Of a stretch of DNA of 10,126 nt, positions 8,043-10,126 are shown in pieces. The notes beneath the pieces are model-generated. The model saw only the letters and a program-made list of their open reading frames with translations. It was not told where the DNA came from and searched no databases. Where the stretch lies: positions 1 to 10,126 of the forward strand of contig JAITTH010000014.1 of NCBI GenBank assembly GCA_031287295.1. The letters run 5' to 3'. Every line of letters starts with the position of its first letter. Position 1 is the first letter of the stretch. The translations under genes and the position numbers were made by a program. The stretch comes from Eubacteriales Family XIII. Incertae Sedis bacterium (GTDB lineage: Bacteria; Bacillota; Clostridia; Peptostreptococcales; Anaerovoracaceae).

Positions 8043-8450
8043 TTACATGCCGGCTCGACGTGAAATGGCAATTTCTGTGAGTGCGTCTTGAAGAACGCGC
8101 GAAAAATTGATATGGTTCGTTTCGGCAAAAGTGTTAAGCCATGCAGGTATCGTCAAGTTTTTCCGTACCGCTTTTTTGCCAAACCGCTCTGCGTAAGCAG
8201 TCATATCAAGCGCGATGACACTTACGAAGGCATCAGGTGAATCCGCCTCGATTTTTTTTACGGGACTTGGTGCAGGCACATGATTCCCGTTTTCCCATTC
8301 GCTGAGGATCCATCCACTTGCTGCGTCAATTGCCATGTCGAGGGCTTCCGCAAGCGTATTGCCACCGGTTGCACATCCCGGGAGATCGGGGACAACGACT
8401 GCATAGGCATCGCCATCAGGATAAAAAATTGCCGGATAAATCAATTTCAT
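8043..8450 (-). CDS. hicB: HicB-family type II antitoxin-like protein (RNase-H-like fold N-domain plus C-terminal ribbon-helix-helix DNA-binding domain); no HicA gene found nearby
   Basis: MKLIYPAIFYPDGDAYAVVVPDLPGCATGGNTLAEALDMAIDAASGWI... is the classic HicB/UPF0150 N-terminus. The C-terminus ...KNLTIPAWLNTFAETNHINFSRVLQDAL fits an RHH beta-strand plus helix. RBS AGAGGTGG on the minus strand (plus 8455-8462). Stop TAA at 8043-8045. Confidence 0.85.
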   Translation of the reverse strand: MKLIYPAIFYPDGDAYAVVVPDLPGCATGGNTLAEALDMAIDAASGWILSEWENGNHVPAPSPVKKIEADSPDAFVSVIALDMTAYAERFGKKAVRKNLTIPAWLNTFAETNHINFSRVLQDALTEIAISRRAGM

Positions 8451-8495
8451 TTTGCCACCTCTTTTATTTGTGCTTGTTTTAATATTGTTTTGATT

Positions 8496-8525
8496 ATTGT
8501 ATGCGCACTATGCGTATTGTGTCAA
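8496..8525 (-). promoter_or_regulatory. Near-consensus sigma-A promoter for hicB on the minus strand: TTGACA-N18-TACAAT
   Basis: The minus strand reads ctcaaTTGACAcaatacgcatagtgcgcaTACAATaatca. The -35 is plus 8520-8525 and the -10 is plus 8496-8501. The spacer contains the direct-repeat pair ATGCGCA/ATGCGTA on plus, with TGCGCA self-complementary, which is a candidate operator. Confidence 0.5.
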
Positions 8526-8642
8526 TTGAGATATGAAGCCATTCCCAGAATCAAAAAACTACGCGGACCTGCCCGAATACTTTATAATAGTATTGCGATG
8601 AGCGCGGACCGAATCGGATGGAATAAGTAGGAGGCTTAACCA

Positions 8643-8975
8643 GTGGTAAAGAAAAAAACTACAACTGAACAATCCTCGACACTTCCCAAGAAAAGCATAG
8701 CAAACCCCAAAATACCAGAGAAATATATAAGATACCAAGCGTCAACTTCAGTACTGAACTATTGCGTACTCGCAGTGTTCCCATTATTGATATTTTGTAT
8801 TTTCAGTGGCGTCATCGTAAAATACTTGATTCCGAGCTTATTAGGAAATGATCTTGTGATTCTCTTGATATGCTATGGGATTGAAATTCCAATCTATTTT
8901 CTATTCATTTTTCTTATCCGGAGCAGGGCTTTGGTTGTTGACCGCTTCCATTATCGGATGGATAAGATTCGATAA
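8643..8975 (+). CDS. Small hypothetical membrane protein (~110 aa, two predicted TM helices, Lys-rich N-terminus), divergent from hicB
   Basis: GTG start 8643 with AGGAGG (8629-8634) 8 nt upstream and a TATAAT at 8583-8588. The two hydrophobic stretches are VLNYCVLAVFPLLIFCIFSGVIV and LVILLICYGIEIPIYFLFIFLI. The last 18 codons (RSRALVVDRFHYRMDKIR) are encoded by the right inverted-repeat arm, so the native 3' end may have been altered. No homolog recognised. Confidence 0.45.
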   Translation: MVKKKTTTEQSSTLPKKSIANPKIPEKYIRYQASTSVLNYCVLAVFPLLIFCIFSGVIVKYLIPSLLGNDLVILLICYGIEIPIYFLFIFLIRSRALVVDRFHYRMDKIR

Positions 8976-9012
8976 ACTCCCCAAAGTTTGACCAACGGCT
9001 TATTCTTTTGTC
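8919..9012. repeat. Right arm of the long-range inverted repeat: B' cggagcagggctttg (8919-8933), a 59-nt spacer, then A' caacggcttattcttttgtc (8993-9012)
   Basis: Reverse complement of the left arm. In the left arm A and B are 5 nt apart, and here they are 59 nt apart. A' ends exactly at the -35 hexamer of the 9008-9037 promoter. Confidence 0.85.
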
Positions 9013-9037
9013 ACTTGAGGCAGAATATCGTTATAAT
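9008..9037 (+). promoter_or_regulatory. Strong sigma-A-like promoter TTGTCA-N18-TATAAT whose -35 is formed by the end of the right inverted-repeat arm
   Basis: ttgtca(9008-9013) cttgaggcagaatatcgt TATAAT(9032-9037). A small leader hairpin agagg-aag-cctct lies at 9046-9058. Confidence 0.55.
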
Positions 9038-9094
9038 GTTTACAAAGAGGAAGCCTCTTAATGTTTCTGTAGATGGAGGATTGAATGCAAGTCT

Positions 9095-9421
9095 ATGAGT
9101 GATTATCAGATTGATAGAGCACGTTGGGCAGAACTTTCAATCTCTGAACAGATGGGAAATATCGGTTCAGAGGTTGGACGAGCGATTTCTGCGCATCGTC
9201 GGAATTTGAAGGATCGTGAAGAAAGTGCGATAGCTCGCGCACTTGATTTATTCGATGCAACCACAGAGGTATTACTGGGTACTGCCACATAGTATCGGCT
9301 AAAGGAAATTCTTCGAGCCCGGGACGAATTTCTGAGATTATTCTATGATGGTACCTTTGAGGAAAGTGCGGATAAGATAGAAAATTATTTCATGCACTTT
9401 GCTTTTATCGCGCGCAGTTAG
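9095..9421 (+). pseudogene. Degenerate small all-alpha protein gene (108 codons) interrupted by an in-frame TAG at 9290-9292; weak resemblance to the MazG/HisE-like NTP-pyrophosphohydrolase fold
   Basis: MSDYQIDRARWAELSISEQMGNIGSEVGRAISAHRRNLKDREESAIARALDLFDATTEVLLGTAT*YRLKEILRARDEFLRLFYDGTFEESADKIENYFMHFAFIARS*. The sequence after the TAG still reads as a clean amphipathic helix. The E..G..EV then EE..A..LDLF...VLL spacing recalls MazG/HisE helices. There is no good RBS: GGAGG at 9075-9079 is 15 nt away and serves a 5-codon uORF. Antisense ORFs 9093..9290 and 9106..9288 also exist. Confidence 0.35.
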
Positions 9422-9449
9422 AGGCTCATTGCGGTCCACGAGTTTCAAA

Positions 9450-9458
9450 TGATACAAT
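9450..9458 (+). promoter_or_regulatory. Extended -10 element TGaTACAAT with no convincing -35; a second TGaTACAAg at 9466-9474; possible promoter for a transcript running into the hairpins at 9563-9707
   Basis: Read directly: caaaTGaTACAATttctgggTGaTACAAgcc. An alternative weaker promoter is TTGTCA (9524-9529)-N17-TACATA. Confidence 0.2.
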
Positions 9459-9562
9459 TTCTGGGTGATACAAGCCTAACACAGTAACATCCGAAATTTA
9501 CCACTTGAAACCGTTTTATTACTTTGTCACATGAGGCTATGTAGAGTACATATAGCGGAATC

Positions 9563-9602
9563 ATTAGCAGAAACTCGTTTGCTCCTTGCTGTTCTGCTAA
9601 TC
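9563..9602 (+). repeat. Hairpin 1 of a duplicated inverted-repeat pair: ATTAGCAGAAA (9563-9573), 18-nt loop, TTCTGCTAATC (9592-9602)
   Basis: Read directly. The same 11-mer pair recurs at 9660-9700. Confidence 0.8.
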
Positions 9603-9659
9603 AGATTATGCTTGTTATGACCGTAGAACCTGCATTCTGCGCGTTTTTATTATTCCGGT

Positions 9660-9707
9660 GATTAGCAGAATAATGAACAAGAGATGATTTTCTGCTAATC
9701 CTTTTTT
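9660..9707 (+). terminator. Hairpin 2 (GATTAGCAGAA ... 19-nt loop ... TTCTGCTAATC) followed by a CTTTTTT tract; plus-strand intrinsic-terminator-like; overlaps the stop codon of the convergent minus-strand gene
   Basis: gattagcagaa(9660-9670) taatgaacaagagatgatt ttctgctaatc(9690-9700) cttttttgcc. The stem is AT-rich with a long loop, so terminator strength is uncertain. Confidence 0.4.
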
Positions 9708-10126
9708 GCCAATACCCAATTAGATGTGCGTCTGTTCGCCGATGACGGCTCAATAATACCGTCTTTACGCATTGAAGCAAGCAGATAGCGTATCTTGTTG
9801 TCTTTCTTCTTCGCATCAAGGACATCGGAGAGTTTGTCATTCAGTAGATTGGCAAAATCAGCCTTTGCCCCGCACTCGTATTGCTTCAAATATTCAATTA
9901 TGAGGTTTCGATAGTATTGGTCATCAAAGCCCTTGTTCTTGATGTACTGCGCTTTCTCGTCTATAATTTCCGCGACATGTGCGGAGATATAGACGTAGGG
10001 GGCTTTTCCCTCAACCACGCCAAACGCCCGGAGTCGCTTTAGCTGCTCCTTTTCGAGAGGCATATGTTTCTGCACTCTATCAATCAGAAACACGGTTTCA
10101 AGGTCAAACTCCGGATGGTCAAACAA
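9695..10126 (-). CDS. 3' part (C-terminal 143 aa) of a RecG-like / Schlafen-AlbA_2 + HATPase_c_4-family putative transcriptional regulator; 5' end beyond window
   Basis: The frame is open to the window edge; the first codon TTG is not a real start. Stop TAG is the complement of 9695-9697. The tail FLIDRVQKHMPLEKEQLKRLRAFGVVEGKAPYVYISAHV...KIRYLLASMRKDGIIEPSSANRRTSNWVLAKKD matches, from memory, the C-terminal winged-helix region of the proteins often annotated as ATP-dependent DNA helicase RecG-related or putative DNA-binding proteins. Confidence 0.7.
   Translation of the reverse strand: MFDHPEFDLETVFLIDRVQKHMPLEKEQLKRLRAFGVVEGKAPYVYISAHVAEIIDEKAQYIKNKGFDDQYYRNLIIEYLKQYECGAKADFANLLNDKLSDVLDAKKKDNKIRYLLASMRKDGIIEPSSANRRTSNWVLAKKD

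Noticed and set aside
8280-8630. Plus-strand 116-aa ORF overlapping hicB
   Set aside because: It is antisense to a well-supported HicB coding sequence, Cys-rich, has no RBS, and runs through the hicB promoter.
8451-8642. Looked for a hicA gene upstream of hicB on the minus strand, which could be under 60 aa and missed by the ORF track
   Set aside because: Translation of the minus strand here gives at most a 20-codon ORF (MLFLGSVEDCSVVVFFFTTG). Downstream is the convergent permease. No HicA is present.
9093-9290. Two minus-strand ORFs (65 and 60 aa) antisense to the small plus-strand ORF
   Set aside because: The plus strand has the promoter context and a more protein-like translation that continues in frame past the TAG. 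It cannot be fully excluded; the region may be non-coding.
9563-9700. Possible CRISPR array
   Set aside because: Only two units, and the repeats are in inverted rather than direct orientation. Repeat length of 11 nt is too short. There are no cas genes.

Overview
Firmicutes-like chromosomal segment. Sigma-A style -35/-10 hexamers and GGAGG-type ribosome-binding sites (RBS) precede most genes. No rRNA, tRNA, CRISPR array or transposase was seen.

Nt 1-7991 is a co-directional plus-strand block.
- The 3' end of a protein with a winged-helix (wHTH) and a C-terminal Zn-ribbon.
- A Cys-rich DUF2148/ferredoxin-like protein.
- A membrane protein with an N-terminal PTS-EIIC-like (lactose/cellobiose type) domain fused to a fully canonical EAL c-di-GMP phosphodiesterase domain.
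- A probable operon of a FloT-type flotillin, an ABC ATPase and an ABC_export-type polytopic permease. The flotillin is about 270 aa longer than B. subtilis FloT because of an acidic 27-bp tandem-repeat tract plus an extra helical C-terminal module.

Nt 7992-10126 is visibly AT-richer with low coding density, and looks accessory.
- An orphan HicB-family antitoxin gene (RNase-H-fold N-domain plus ribbon-helix-helix (RHH) C-domain) with no HicA partner, and a divergently transcribed small 2-TM membrane protein gene.
- Both lie inside a ~1 kb segment bracketed by statistically significant inverted repeats (a 20-nt and a 15-nt perfect core). This could be an inverton, a non-autonomous mobile cassette, or a relic.
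- The right repeat ends in a near-consensus promoter. It drives a degenerate ~108-codon ORF, weakly MazG/HisE-like, that carries an in-frame TAG.
- Two copies of an 11-nt inverted-repeat hairpin follow, the second ending in a T-tract. This is a candidate small RNA or terminator convergent with the next gene.
- The next gene is the 3' end of a RecG-like/Schlafen-type (AlbA_2 + HATPase_c_4 family) regulator gene on the minus strand.
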